A stretch of DNA of 64,000 bases from an uncultured Gammaproteobacteria bacterium (GTDB lineage Bacteria; Patescibacteriota; Microgenomatia; Daviesbacterales; UBA10151), in assembly GCA_964504985.1 (NCBI GenBank), contig CAZDFU010000003.1, forward strand, positions 822 through 64,821. Direction: 5' to 3'. The stretch's first letter is position 1; each line of letters opens with the position of its first letter. The position numbers and the translations under genes are program-made. Shown here piece by piece: positions 10,275 through 23,132 of the stretch. The notes under the pieces were generated by a model, which made no database searches, was not told the origin of the DNA, and worked only from the letters and a program-made list of their open reading frames with translations.

Positions 10275-11027
10275 ATGAGTGCAGAAAAACAACCTTTTAG
10301 AATTAATGGTGATGAAATTTCTGGTTTAACAGAATTAGATAAAGGCATCTTAGGATCTATTTTAGAAGCAAAAAAAGCAGGAAAAATAGTTACCAGAGCA
10401 GAGCTAGCACCTCAGTTTTATAACCCAAGAGACCCCGGTCCTGTGATAATGGGAAATTTTAATGGAGCCCTGCAAAGGCTGAGAGAAAGATTAAACGGTG
10501 TTTCTTCTCCGTGGAGTATTGTTTCTCAAAGAGGAGGAATTTTGGATTTAGCCAGAGCCCCAAAAGAAATACCAGACCAATTAAAACCTACGCCTCCAGA
10601 GTTTGCAGTAACCAGATATATCACAGAATGGTTGGGAAGCAGGTCTGGTAGGCTATATTATGACCGGATTCATGCTGATGATGATATCAAGATAGCTTTT
10701 CAATTTGTAGATGAAAGAATTGTACCCCGGGAAAATGGTTTGCCTGGATTTAAGGTTTATTATTTAACCAGAAAAGAATTAAGTGATGCTTATGAGGGTG
10801 GGTTTAAGAAATTGAAACAAGTTTCCTCGGATGAGCATATGAGAAGAGCGTGGGATGAAAAAACAACAGAGTTGTGGAATAACATCCAAAGGCTTAAGAG
10901 CTTGCTGAAAACAGAGACCGATGAAAAGTTTTTAGGAGAGATCAAGAGGCGGATTAGAAAAGCAGAATCAGATTATATATCAAGACATGAATGGCGCACT
11001 AACGGACAACCTTATATTATCTTTTAA
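10275..11027 (+). CDS. Hypothetical protein (250 aa)
   Basis: Clean ORF; no recognised motif. Confidence 0.45.
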   Translation: MSAEKQPFRINGDEISGLTELDKGILGSILEAKKAGKIVTRAELAPQFYNPRDPGPVIMGNFNGALQRLRERLNGVSSPWSIVSQRGGILDLARAPKEIPDQLKPTPPEFAVTRYITEWLGSRSGRLYYDRIHADDDIKIAFQFVDERIVPRENGLPGFKVYYLTRKELSDAYEGGFKKLKQVSSDEHMRRAWDEKTTELWNNIQRLKSLLKTETDEKFLGEIKRRIRKAESDYISRHEWRTNGQPYIIF

Positions 11028-11058
11028 AAACATTTTAAAAAGAATCCAAAGAGAAAAG

Positions 11059-12123
11059 TTAGATTGATTCCTGAATAGGCCTGAGAGGGAGTTCAAGGAA
11101 AAAGGTTGACCCATGCCCTATCTTGCTTTTGACCCATAATTTTCCTTTATGATGACGGATTATCTGCTGGCAGATAAACAGTCCAAGCCCCAATCCCTCT
11201 GATTTGCTTCTTACAACATCATGGGCTCTATAAAATCTGCTGAATATTTGTTTTTGGTCTTTTTTGGCTATCCCCAATCCAAAATCTCTAACACTTAAAC
11301 TTACTTTTCCTTTTGTTTCTTTTAATTTGACTATTATTTTTTTCTTTTGGGGGGAATATTTTATAGCATTTGTTAAAAGATTGGTGATAATTTGTCCAAT
11401 TCTATAGCGGTCTCCATAAAGCATCTGTTTTGATAGCCCCTTAAATTCTATAGTTCTATTTTTAGCAATGATTCTTTGATGAGCAATCACCTCTGTAGCC
11501 AGATCAGTCATGTTAAAGAATGAGTCTGAATAAGTGAATTTACCTATCTCTATGCTGGCTATATCCAGCAAATCATTAATAAGTTCCAGCATTTTATTTG
11601 TAGCTTCAGCAATAGAATGCCCGTATGAGGTAGTTTTGTCATTACCTTTTGCCTTTTCTACTATTAAATTAGAAAAACCAATCACTGCGGCCAAAGGGTT
11701 TTTTAGTTCGTGAGCCATAAAAGCTATAAACTCATCTTTCTGCTCTTCCATTTCAAATCTGGCTTCCAAAGCAATGCTGATGATAACCCCTTCCACAATA
11801 AATATTGCTGTCAGCACCAAATCCCCAACAAATGGGGATGTAGAAATATCATATTTAAGAAAGATAAAATAAGTTAATGTTGCTGATAAAAGGGTAGCAA
11901 AAATCCCAGGTCTTAATCCTCCATACCAGGAGGAAACAGCCACAATGAATGAAACCATTAAAAAAGCTGTATTATGACCCAAAACATCATGGAAATAATT
12001 TTTAAGAAAAAAAACAATTGTGATCAGTAAGACAGGTAGGCCATAGCGTTTAATCCTGTTTCTTTTTTGGAAATGGGTAAGATGAACCAGTAATACTTTT
12101 ATTTTAACCCATAATTCTTCCAT
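11059..12123 (-). CDS. Sensor histidine kinase (membrane-anchored, HisKA + HATPase_c)
   Basis: N-terminal TM helices. H-box FMAHELKNPLAAV, N-box LLTNAIKYS, G-boxes DFGLGI and GLGLGLFICQQII. No adjacent response regulator. Confidence 0.8.
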   Translation of the reverse strand: MEELWVKIKVLLVHLTHFQKRNRIKRYGLPVLLITIVFFLKNYFHDVLGHNTAFLMVSFIVAVSSWYGGLRPGIFATLLSATLTYFIFLKYDISTSPFVGDLVLTAIFIVEGVIISIALEARFEMEEQKDEFIAFMAHELKNPLAAVIGFSNLIVEKAKGNDKTTSYGHSIAEATNKMLELINDLLDIASIEIGKFTYSDSFFNMTDLATEVIAHQRIIAKNRTIEFKGLSKQMLYGDRYRIGQIITNLLTNAIKYSPQKKKIIVKLKETKGKVSLSVRDFGLGIAKKDQKQIFSRFYRAHDVVRSKSEGLGLGLFICQQIIRHHKGKLWVKSKIGHGSTFFLELPLRPIQESI

Positions 12124-12200
12124 AAAATCATAGCTGCCGGATTAGTACATACATTTTTTAGTATAAACCTATTAAAATAATATTGCAGTGATAAATATAT

Positions 12201-12302
12201 ACAAAGTGGTAAGTATTCACCTTTTCCCAGTACTTTGTCATTCCGAGCCTGACGAGGAATCTCAGGATTAACCCAGAGATCCTTCACTACGTTCAGGATG
12301 AC
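12201..12302. promoter_or_regulatory. Composite palindromic element in the atp operon upstream region
   Basis: acaaagt(12201)/actttgt(12233) inverted pair. 27-nt imperfect inverted arms gtcattccgagcctgacgaggaatctc (12237-12263) / gagatccttcactacgttcaggatgac (12276-12302). Confidence 0.4.
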
Positions 12303-12381
12303 AATTTACTGGGAAACTCTGAATAGATACACAAAGTGCAGTTGACCAACGCTTTCCTTCTCTTGTAAAATACAAATAAAC

Positions 12382-13325
<944 letters not shown>

Positions 13326-13400
13326 TTCATAGTTATTAGTTGGTAGTTCGGAGTAATTTTAAATACTACGGACTATGAACTACGAACTCAAAACTAATCA
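13326..13400 (+). promoter_or_regulatory. Intercistronic stem-loop between atpE and atpF
   Basis: agttcatagt ... actatgaact inverted repeats with nested tagttcg/cgaact. Confidence 0.35.
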
Positions 13401-13895
13401 ATGGAAATTTTGAATCAATTTGGAGTACAACCTATACTTTTGGCTGCGCAAGTGGTCAATTTTTTGATACTCCTTTTTATTTTAAAGAGGTTTTTGTATA
13501 AACCAATTTTAAATGTTTTAGCAGAAAGAAAAAAAAGGATTGAGGACAGTCTAAAAAATGCCGGGGATATAGAGCTTAAACTTGAGCAGACAAATGAAAA
13601 GATAGATCAGATGCTTATTAAAGCCTCTGAGGAGGGACAAAAGATTTTAGATGAATCACAAAAAAGCGCTTTGCAGTTAAAAGATGAGATTTTGCAAAAA
13701 GCAGCCCAGGAAGCCCAAACAGTTATCAAAAAAGCTGAAGAGTCTGTTAGACTGGAAAGAGAAAAAATGATGAGTGAAGCTAAAGAGGAGGTTATGAATT
13801 TGGTGGTGGAAGTTTTTAGAAGATTAACAGGTAAAGTATTAAGCAAAGAAGACCAGAGAAAAATCATAGAAAAGGGAGTGAGGAATCTTACTTGA
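13401..13895 (+). CDS. atpF: F0F1 ATP synthase subunit b
   Basis: N-terminal TM helix then long charged coiled coil; operon position. Confidence 0.75.
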   Translation: MEILNQFGVQPILLAAQVVNFLILLFILKRFLYKPILNVLAERKKRIEDSLKNAGDIELKLEQTNEKIDQMLIKASEEGQKILDESQKSALQLKDEILQKAAQEAQTVIKKAEESVRLEREKMMSEAKEEVMNLVVEVFRRLTGKVLSKEDQRKIIEKGVRNLT

Positions 13896-14305
13896 AACAA
13901 TCAAAATTATTGCAAAAAACTATAACTAAGCTGGTTGAGGTTTCTTTTAAAGAAGGAAAACTTTTAGAGGCTCAGGTTACTAAATCCATCAAACTTCTAA
14001 AAGTCCTTCCAAAATATGAGGCTATCTGGGCTCTGACAGAATATTTAAAACAGTTAAAAAGAAAAGAAAGACAGCATACTATGTATATTGAAACAGTTAT
14101 GCCTCTTTCAGAACAGCAAATTAAAAAAGCCAAAAGAATTATTGAGAAAAAAGTGAAAATTACTAAAGTTAAGATTTCAGTTAACCCGGAGATTTTGGGA
14201 GGGTTTAAGTTAAAAGTGGGAGATGATATCTGGGATGAGAGCCTTTTGGGAAAACTTAATCAGGTAAAAGATGCGCTAGCTGGAAAAATTTCGGTAAGAA
14301 GTTAA
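13892..14305 (+). CDS. atpH: F0F1 ATP synthase subunit delta (short form)
   Basis: Operon position between b and alpha; overlapping start; OSCP-like C-terminus. Confidence 0.6.
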   Translation: MKQSKLLQKTITKLVEVSFKEGKLLEAQVTKSIKLLKVLPKYEAIWALTEYLKQLKRKERQHTMYIETVMPLSEQQIKKAKRIIEKKVKITKVKISVNPEILGGFKLKVGDDIWDESLLGKLNQVKDALAGKISVRS

Positions 14306-14314
14306 ATAAAAAAT

Positions 14315-15871
14315 ATGAGTGATCTTATAAACCAAATTGAGTCTGAAATAAAAGACCTTAAACTAAAAGCCCAAAAGCAAAATATAGGGACTGTGGTGGA
14401 AATTGGAGATGGTGTTTGCAGGATTGAGGGGTTGTCTGATGTAAAGTCCTCTGAGCTTTTGGATTTTGGCCCTTCGACTCCCTCTGGTCGCTCAGGACAA
14501 GTTGCCACAGAACATATTTATGGGTTGGCTTTAAATTTGGAACAATATAATGTTGGGGCTGTTATTTTTGGAGACTTTACTGCTATTAAAGAAGGCCATG
14601 AGGTTAAAACAACGGGCAGGATTTTAGAAGTGAATGCGGGAGAGGCTTTGGTTGGCAGAGTGGTTGATGCTTTAGGAAATCCGGTAGATGGTAAAGGCCC
14701 GATAAAGACAAAAACTGCTTACCCTGTGGAAAAAATAGCTCCAGGGGTTATCACCAGACAATCGGTTAATACACCATTACAAACAGGAATTAAGGCAATT
14801 GATTCTTTGATCCCTATTGGAAGAGGTCAGAGGGAGTTAATTATTGGAGACAGAAATACTGGTAAAACCACCATTGCCATAGATACCATCATTAACCAGA
14901 AAGATGTTATTTGTATTTATGTAGCAATCGGCCAAAAAACCTCCAAAGTTGCTCAGCTTGTGGCTAAACTGGAAGAATTAGGGGCTATGGATCATACAGT
15001 TGTGGTTTCTGCTTCAGCTGCTGATTCTGCTACCATGCAGTATCTTGCTCCCTATTCTGGTTGTGCTATAGGTGAGTATTTTATGGACCAGGGTAAAGAT
15101 GCTTTGATTATTTATGATGATTTATCTAAACATGCCTGGGCTTACAGACAGGTATCTTTGCTTTTAAGAAGGCCTTCCGGGAGAGAGGCTTATCCTGGGG
15201 ATGTTTTTTATCTTCACTCAAGGCTTTTGGAAAGGGCAGCCAGATTAAATAAAGAGTTTGGCGGAGGGTCTTTGACTGCTTTGCCTATTATAGAAACTCA
15301 GGCAAATGATGTATCAGCCTATATTCCAACCAATGTTATTTCTATAACTGATGGTCAGATATATTTGGAACCAGACCTGTTTTTTGCAGGGATAAGGCCT
15401 GCTCTTAATGTGGGGATTTCTGTTTCCAGGGTTGGGGGTGCTGCACAAACTAAGGCTATGAAGTCTGTAGCCGGAAGGTTAAAGTTAGATTTAGCCCAAT
15501 TTAGGGAACTACAGGCTTTTGCTCAATTTTCTTCTGATTTAGACCCTCAAACAAAACTTCAAATTGAAAGAGGTAGAAGGATTACAGAAATTCTAAAACA
15601 ACTTCCCTACTCCCCTGTCCCTTTAGAACAGCAGGTTGTTGTTTTATGGGCAGTAACTAATGGGTATTTAGATGAAGTGGAAGTTGGGAAAGTTAAAGAA
15701 TTTGAGGAAAAATATATAGCTCAGTTGAAAATAAGAGCTAAAAAACTTCTTTCAGACCTGGCAACAGAGAAGATTTTAGATGAAAAGCTAATTAAAGAAC
15801 TGGAGAAAGTAACTAAAGAATTTGTCAGTACATTTTTGAAAGGAGTAAAGAGAGCAACTGGTAACAAGTAA
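14315..15871 (+). CDS. atpA: F0F1 ATP synthase subunit alpha
   Basis: [19 protein letters not shown]-loop; alpha-subunit-wide similarity. Confidence 0.95.
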   Translation: MSDLINQIESEIKDLKLKAQKQNIGTVVEIGDGVCRIEGLSDVKSSELLDFGPSTPSGRSGQVATEHIYGLALNLEQYNVGAVIFGDFTAIKEGHEVKTTGRILEVNAGEALVGRVVDALGNPVDGKGPIKTKTAYPVEKIAPGVITRQSVNTPLQTGIKAIDSLIPIGRGQRELIIGDRNTGKTTIAIDTIINQKDVICIYVAIGQKTSKVAQLVAKLEELGAMDHTVVVSASAADSATMQYLAPYSGCAIGEYFMDQGKDALIIYDDLSKHAWAYRQVSLLLRRPSGREAYPGDVFYLHSRLLERAARLNKEFGGGSLTALPIIETQANDVSAYIPTNVISITDGQIYLEPDLFFAGIRPALNVGISVSRVGGAAQTKAMKSVAGRLKLDLAQFRELQAFAQFSSDLDPQTKLQIERGRRITEILKQLPYSPVPLEQQVVVLWAVTNGYLDEVEVGKVKEFEEKYIAQLKIRAKKLLSDLATEKILDEKLIKELEKVTKEFVSTFLKGVKRATGNK

Positions 15872-15921
15872 CTAGGAACCCTTTTAAAAGATCAGGGTTA
15901 CTTGTGCCTTGTTGCAAAACT

Positions 15922-18176
<2,255 letters not shown>

Positions 18177-18267
18177 ATATAATAGCTGAAGACAAAAAAG
18201 ACCAAGATTTTACTTTAAGCCTATTCCGATATTTTTCCAAGCCTTCTACCTGATTTTAATTTCTACT

Positions 18268-18349
18268 AAAATTTAATGTGGTTTTGTTGGCTTAAGGATT
18301 AAGTCAAATACCCTAGGTGTCAAGCTAGTCCACCTCCCAGGTGGGATTC
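18268..18349 (+). repeat. Short palindromic repeat family 1, copy A (tgtggttttg...ccctaggtgtcaagctagtccacctcccaggtgggatt)
   Basis: Shares an 80-bp similarity block with 19821-19910 and core with 33931-33998 and 47701-47768. Contains hairpin CCACCT-CCC-AGGTGG. Confidence 0.7.
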
Positions 18350-18352
18350 TTG

Positions 18353-19885
18353 TTACAGGCTGTTTAATTTGGTGGCCAGGGAATCTTGTTCTTCATTTAG
18401 CTTTTCATCCTGCTTAACCATTTGATTTTCTGCCTCAGTTAACCACACATTTGCCTCAAGTTTAGAAATAACAGCGGAGGCTATATTTATTCTTTGGGAA
18501 ATAATTTCGTTCATCCTATCAATATCTCTTTTATTTTTACTGTAAAAATCTGGATATTCTTTTAAATTTGCCCAATTAGGTTGAATACTTTTTAAGTCAC
18601 TTAATAATTTTTTCCAGGGGTTGATAGTTTCCTGGTCATAATTTGGTGGGACATAGCCTGCTAAATGTCCAACTACTATTTGGGCTGGGCAGCCATTCAG
18701 CTGCCCCTCAACTTCTGCAATACCTATATCCTGAAAATCCTGGTTTAATAGGAATTTTTTTGAGTCTGGGAATGAGAATTGATTTTCTATTAATTCCTCT
18801 GCTTCATAATAGCCTAAAGCAGATGTTTCCCCATAAGTAATATTGGAATACCCTGCATCTGAGAGGGCTTTTTTCATGGTATAACCACTTCTGGTGGCCT
18901 CAAAAGAGAGGTCATTATATTTAAGGCTTATTTTGCCTCTGCTGGCAGCTGATGTTTCAAGTCTGGTCTGATATCTTAAGGGACCGGCACCTGCTTCTCT
19001 TCTTTTTTGGTTTAATAATTCTAAATAACGGTTTTTATCCAGCTTAATTTTTGAGATTTCTTCAAGATCTTTGTCAGTTTTTCTCCAATTTTTATCTAGT
19101 GTGTCTTTTTGTTTTTTCAAAGGGATAACATGGTCTATATCTTTAAACTCTATCAGACCCAGTGTGTGCCTTGAATCCCCGCTTCCCTTTCTATTGTCCC
19201 CCATAACAAATAATTTTCCAGCAGGAACTGTCAGGCTTTTGCAGTCAGCTAAAAACTCTCCCCCAAAAGTAGACCTGGCTTTAAAAATATATGGTTCTTT
19301 TTGAGGCTTACCATTTAAAAGTAATACCCCGTCTTTTATTTCTAATGTATCTGCAGGCAGTGCAATAACTCTTTTAACAAAACCTCTTGGTTTATCCCCG
19401 TCTTTGGTAGTTATTTCTGCTGTTTTAAAATTATAAAAAGAGACTATATCCCCTCTTTCTATTTCATAAGAAAATAATTTATATCCAAATAAATTAAGAC
19501 CAGAAGGATACCTCATCATTCCAGTAGTGCCTACTATTTCCTTTGATTGTTCCTCTGGGGTTTTGCCTTCACCTTTGGGAAAAGTGGGATACATTGACCC
19601 AGTTCCTGACAGTGGGATATAATCTTCCACCAGGTTTAATTTGTCCAATACTAAAAAAGCAGTTAATTTATATGAACTAATCCAAACAGGTACCAAAATC
19701 AAGAGGGTTATTAGGGCAAGAAAGGGCAGAAGAAATCTTTTTACAATTAAATATCCAATTGTTACAAAACTAAAATATTTTTTCATGAACTTACTAATAA
19801 TATAATAATTTATTGTGGTTTTGATGGGTTTTGCTATCCTTAGTCCTAGGGATACAGAAATTTCCCTAGGTGTCAACCTGGGCAC
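18353..19885 (-). CDS. Signal peptidase I fused to C-terminal CAP/SCP (YkwD-like) domain
   Basis: N-terminal TM. SGSMYPTF (box B Ser), KRVIALPADTL (box D Lys), GDNRKGSGDSR (box E). C-terminal half LLNQKRREAGAGPL...YGETSALGYYEAEELIENQFSFPDSKKFLLNQDFQDIGIAEVEG resembles CAP/PR-1 domain. Confidence 0.6.
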   Translation of the reverse strand: MPRLTPREISVSLGLRIAKPIKTTINYYIISKFMKKYFSFVTIGYLIVKRFLLPFLALITLLILVPVWISSYKLTAFLVLDKLNLVEDYIPLSGTGSMYPTFPKGEGKTPEEQSKEIVGTTGMMRYPSGLNLFGYKLFSYEIERGDIVSFYNFKTAEITTKDGDKPRGFVKRVIALPADTLEIKDGVLLLNGKPQKEPYIFKARSTFGGEFLADCKSLTVPAGKLFVMGDNRKGSGDSRHTLGLIEFKDIDHVIPLKKQKDTLDKNWRKTDKDLEEISKIKLDKNRYLELLNQKRREAGAGPLRYQTRLETSAASRGKISLKYNDLSFEATRSGYTMKKALSDAGYSNITYGETSALGYYEAEELIENQFSFPDSKKFLLNQDFQDIGIAEVEGQLNGCPAQIVVGHLAGYVPPNYDQETINPWKKLLSDLKSIQPNWANLKEYPDFYSKNKRDIDRMNEIISQRINIASAVISKLEANVWLTEAENQMVKQDEKLNEEQDSLATKLNSL

Positions 19886-19910
19886 CTCCCAGGTGGGATT
19901 TACCGTTTAA
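19821..19910 (+). repeat. Short palindromic repeat family 1, copy B
   Basis: tgtggttttgatgg...gaaatttccctaggtgtcaacctgggcacctcccaggtgggattt. Overlaps the last codons of the 176-aa ORF. Confidence 0.7.
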
Positions 19911-20430
19911 GGTCTGCAGGGGCTCTTAGGTATGGATTGTTTTCCAGATGACTGGAATTATTTGCAGAATTTTGAACCTGGGGAGGGTTTTCTTTAAAAA
20001 CCCCTATCCCCTCTATTACACCAAGGGTTTGTTGGTTTCCTGGCTGGGTAGTTAAATCCTGGGAAATTGTGGCTACTTCTTTGTTGGTAGAACTTACTGA
20101 AGGCAATTGTTTTATTAAGGAGATGGTTTCTTCCCTGTTTTGCCAGGCAAGTAATTTACTTTCATCTTCAGCTACTTCTCCCATTTTTTCTTCAAGGTTT
20201 GTTAAAGGAACATCTATTTCTCCTCTTTCCACAATATCCCCTAAAATATCTCCTGCATTGGCAATATGTTCAAAAGGCAGGCCTGCTAAAGCATAAGCCT
20301 TGATGGTATTAACATATTGGGTATAATTTTGTTGTTGGGAAGTTATTTTAAATGATTTCGCCCTGGTTAAAGGATGGGATGATTGTGAACTCAAAAGATC
20401 ATTCTTTGGGGCAGTTAAATTATTATGCAT
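19900..20430 (-). CDS. Hypothetical protein (176 aa); C-terminal residues encoded by repeat copy B
   Basis: ORF; no motif; final ~4 codons lie within the repeat. Confidence 0.4.
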   Translation of the reverse strand: MHNNLTAPKNDLLSSQSSHPLTRAKSFKITSQQQNYTQYVNTIKAYALAGLPFEHIANAGDILGDIVERGEIDVPLTNLEEKMGEVAEDESKLLAWQNREETISLIKQLPSVSSTNKEVATISQDLTTQPGNQQTLGVIEGIGVFKENPPQVQNSANNSSHLENNPYLRAPADLKR

Positions 20431-20488
20431 AGAAATGGATTCTACCAGATCTACTCAAGTATTTACTATTGGAGTATAATCTCACAAT

Positions 20489-21976
20489 ATGCAGATCCCA
20501 CAGACTCATATCAATATTAAAGTTAGAGATCTTTTTAAAAAGATCTATCAGGGCAGGAAAATTAATTTAGCTGCTTCTAAAAGTTCTTTAGAAATGCAGC
20601 TTAATTTATATTTGGACCATTTAAGCAGCCACACATTTGTAAAAATATCCCAAAGAGACAGAAAAAGGATCTGGGAAACAATTGAAAGAAACAACCATGT
20701 TGCCAAAACTTTATCTTCCCCTTTATATAGAAAAATTGTTAAAAGCAAAAGGGAGCTTTCCAAAGAAGTATCTATTGGGTTTGTTTTTTGTATTGATGGC
20801 AGGATTCCTGCCATTTTTTTAGGAGGAAGGTTTGCCAGGCATTTTGAGATTCCTGCTGGAGAAATATCAATCATTAGAAGAAAATCAGATGGCAGAATAA
20901 TTCCAGACTCTTCTGATTTAAATGAGGCTTTAAGAAAAACAGCCACCTCAAATGATGATTTATTGGAGATTGTGTTTGCTCATACTTCTTTATCAAACCC
21001 CCATCATGGTTGCGGGGCTATGATTGCCAAGATGAGGGCAGGTTTGCTTGATCCAAAACTTTCTTTAGAGGAGGCAAATTTAAAAATAATAAGAGATAGG
21101 ACTATTCCGGCAATTTCTAATATTTATAATGAGTTTAGAATTCAACAAGGGAATGAACCCTTGAAAATGGTGGGAATTTCCGCGCTTTTTGACACAGATA
21201 CTTTTGGCATAATTTTAAACTATGATTTAAGAAAGGCCAATAATTCCTTATCTACAACAGACCTTACAAATAAGTATGCTTCAGAGTTGGATGAGTACTT
21301 CATCAAAAACAATTTAGTATTTGGATCATTTAAAGAAAAATTCTCTGATTTAAAATTTTTAATCCCCCTTTCCCAGAATACATTAAAAATAGTTGAGGCT
21401 TTGCTTAATAAAAAAATAGCACCAAAACTTTTAGATGAGATTGGAGAATATATAAATAAGTTTTATTCTGATCTGACAGAAGATCAAAAACAGGCATTAA
21501 TTTTTGTATTGCTAAGAAACATTGCTTTTCAATATTTAACAGGGCTGGCTAAATTTAAGAAAAAAAGTGCTGATCATCCTTTTTTGGAACATGGAGAATC
21601 TTTTTTAGCTGTGGCTATGAGAGGAACGACCATTGGTAAATTTGATCCTCAAAATCAGGGATTTGCCTCCTCCCCTTCTGATCCTAAGCAGGCAATTTCT
21701 AATATTAATACCATGCTTTCTATTATGGGTGATTCCTCAAAACTTAAGCCCTATATTTTATTTGTCTGTAACAGTGTTAACAGCAGGGACTTAAGGGAAA
21801 ATAACCAGGTTATACAAAGGATAATTGGTTCAAATGCAGGCTTACTTAGGGATATTATTGAAGATAAGAAATTGGGTGAGATGATAGAAAAAGGTGAGAT
21901 GATACCAGTGCCTGTTTTAATTGAGGAAGATTCAAGGGAAGTTTTAAAAATAGTTGACCATTCAGGATATATTTAA
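20489..21976 (+). CDS. Beta-class carbonic anhydrase-like domain protein with long C-terminal extension (495 aa)
   Basis: FCIDGRIP (C-x-D-x-R) and NPHHGCGAM (H-x-x-C-G) ~60 aa apart, the two zinc-ligand signatures of beta-CA. Confidence 0.45.
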   Translation: MQIPQTHINIKVRDLFKKIYQGRKINLAASKSSLEMQLNLYLDHLSSHTFVKISQRDRKRIWETIERNNHVAKTLSSPLYRKIVKSKRELSKEVSIGFVFCIDGRIPAIFLGGRFARHFEIPAGEISIIRRKSDGRIIPDSSDLNEALRKTATSNDDLLEIVFAHTSLSNPHHGCGAMIAKMRAGLLDPKLSLEEANLKIIRDRTIPAISNIYNEFRIQQGNEPLKMVGISALFDTDTFGIILNYDLRKANNSLSTTDLTNKYASELDEYFIKNNLVFGSFKEKFSDLKFLIPLSQNTLKIVEALLNKKIAPKLLDEIGEYINKFYSDLTEDQKQALIFVLLRNIAFQYLTGLAKFKKKSADHPFLEHGESFLAVAMRGTTIGKFDPQNQGFASSPSDPKQAISNINTMLSIMGDSSKLKPYILFVCNSVNSRDLRENNQVIQRIIGSNAGLLRDIIEDKKLGEMIEKGEMIPVPVLIEEDSREVLKIVDHSGYI

Positions 21977-22043
21977 TTGACTAGGCTGGTATAATGTAAA
22001 TTAAGAATGCGACCCCCTAAAAAGGGTCGGTTTTTTAAAAGAT

Positions 22044-23132
22044 ATGAGTGAGCAGATAAAAGAGCCAATAAATCCTCAGCATTTACTTGAGGATAACTAT
22101 TCTGATAAAGCAGGAGAAAACATAGAAAAAATTCTTCAATTAAGAAAGGAAGGTCAACTTATACTTTTAATGGGTTGTTCAGATGCCAGGCTTATTTTGC
22201 CTGATGATGTTTACCAGATTAGAACCATCTCAGCCACAGGGCCAAGAAGCCCTTGGGAAAAACCTTTAAATTACGGAAGAACAGCTGGGGTAATAATTAT
22301 GGATCATTTATATTGCGGGGGTTTACTGGCAAAGGCTCAGCTTCCTGAAAACATTTTAGATGATGATACAGCTTTAGGATTTGTTAAAGATCACGTGTGG
22401 ACTGACGATCCGATTGTTCAGTCTATTCTGACTGGTTCATGGACAGCATCACGTACTCAAAAACCAGTTTTATCTGCTGTTCAGAATCCATATGATGGTT
22501 CGGTTTATATCCAAGGAGCTTTCAATAATGGTGAGCAAACCGAGCATAAAACTATTCCTACATATAAACTAATGCAAAGATATATTAAAGAAAAATTATA
22601 CGGTGATGAAATTCCTCAATTAAGGCCTGATTTAGTCCTCTCAATTTTTTCTAATATTTTGGGCCGGTTACCAGAAAAAGTTAAATTAATAGCTGAAAGT
22701 GTAGGAGATTTAACAACTTATCAAGGTACACAAGACCCGGAAGTGGTTGCTGTGACGTCTAACTTAAAAGCACTTTCAGCAAGATTCCCTGCTCTTTTTG
22801 GTCTTTCAAATACTGTTTTTCAGGTTAGCTTAAGAAGACAATCACTAGATATTGAAGGAGAATTAGAAACAAATGATGTAAGGGAGGTTTTCAGGCAAAT
22901 ACATTATCCTCTTTCCCATTGTATTGAAAATAATAAATCTGAAGGTAGATTACCATTTAAAAGTACAAGGGTTTTATATTTAGAAACTGGAGATATGAAA
23001 GATTCTCTTAGGCTGGCCCATCGTGTTAAAAGAAGGCGTGAAGTACAGGAGTGGTTAGATCTGCCAGGCAGAGTCATAATAGCAGCACAAGCTGTAAGAG
23101 GAAGAATCCAGCAAATTGAACTGGTTGTATAG
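22044..23132 (+). CDS. Beta-class carbonic anhydrase-like domain protein, second paralog (362 aa)
   Basis: GCSDARLILP (C-x-D-x-R) and IMDHLYCGG (H-x-x-C-G) ~45 aa apart. Confidence 0.45.
   Translation: MSEQIKEPINPQHLLEDNYSDKAGENIEKILQLRKEGQLILLMGCSDARLILPDDVYQIRTISATGPRSPWEKPLNYGRTAGVIIMDHLYCGGLLAKAQLPENILDDDTALGFVKDHVWTDDPIVQSILTGSWTASRTQKPVLSAVQNPYDGSVYIQGAFNNGEQTEHKTIPTYKLMQRYIKEKLYGDEIPQLRPDLVLSIFSNILGRLPEKVKLIAESVGDLTTYQGTQDPEVVAVTSNLKALSARFPALFGLSNTVFQVSLRRQSLDIEGELETNDVREVFRQIHYPLSHCIENNKSEGRLPFKSTRVLYLETGDMKDSLRLAHRVKRRREVQEWLDLPGRVIIAAQAVRGRIQQIELVV

Noticed and set aside
12099-12287. 62-aa ORF across the atp upstream region
   Set aside because: Lies over the palindromic intergenic element; no RBS context; likely non-coding.
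15904-15921. GTG start extending atpG by 6 codons (MPCCKT)
   Set aside because: ATG at 15922 gives the canonical gamma N-terminus MANTRELRRRI with better spacing after atpA.
18268-19910. Repeat family 1 as integron attC sites
   Set aside because: Direct repeats downstream of single genes suggested cassettes. The elements lack RYYYAAC/GTTRRRY core sites, and no integron integrase is nearby.
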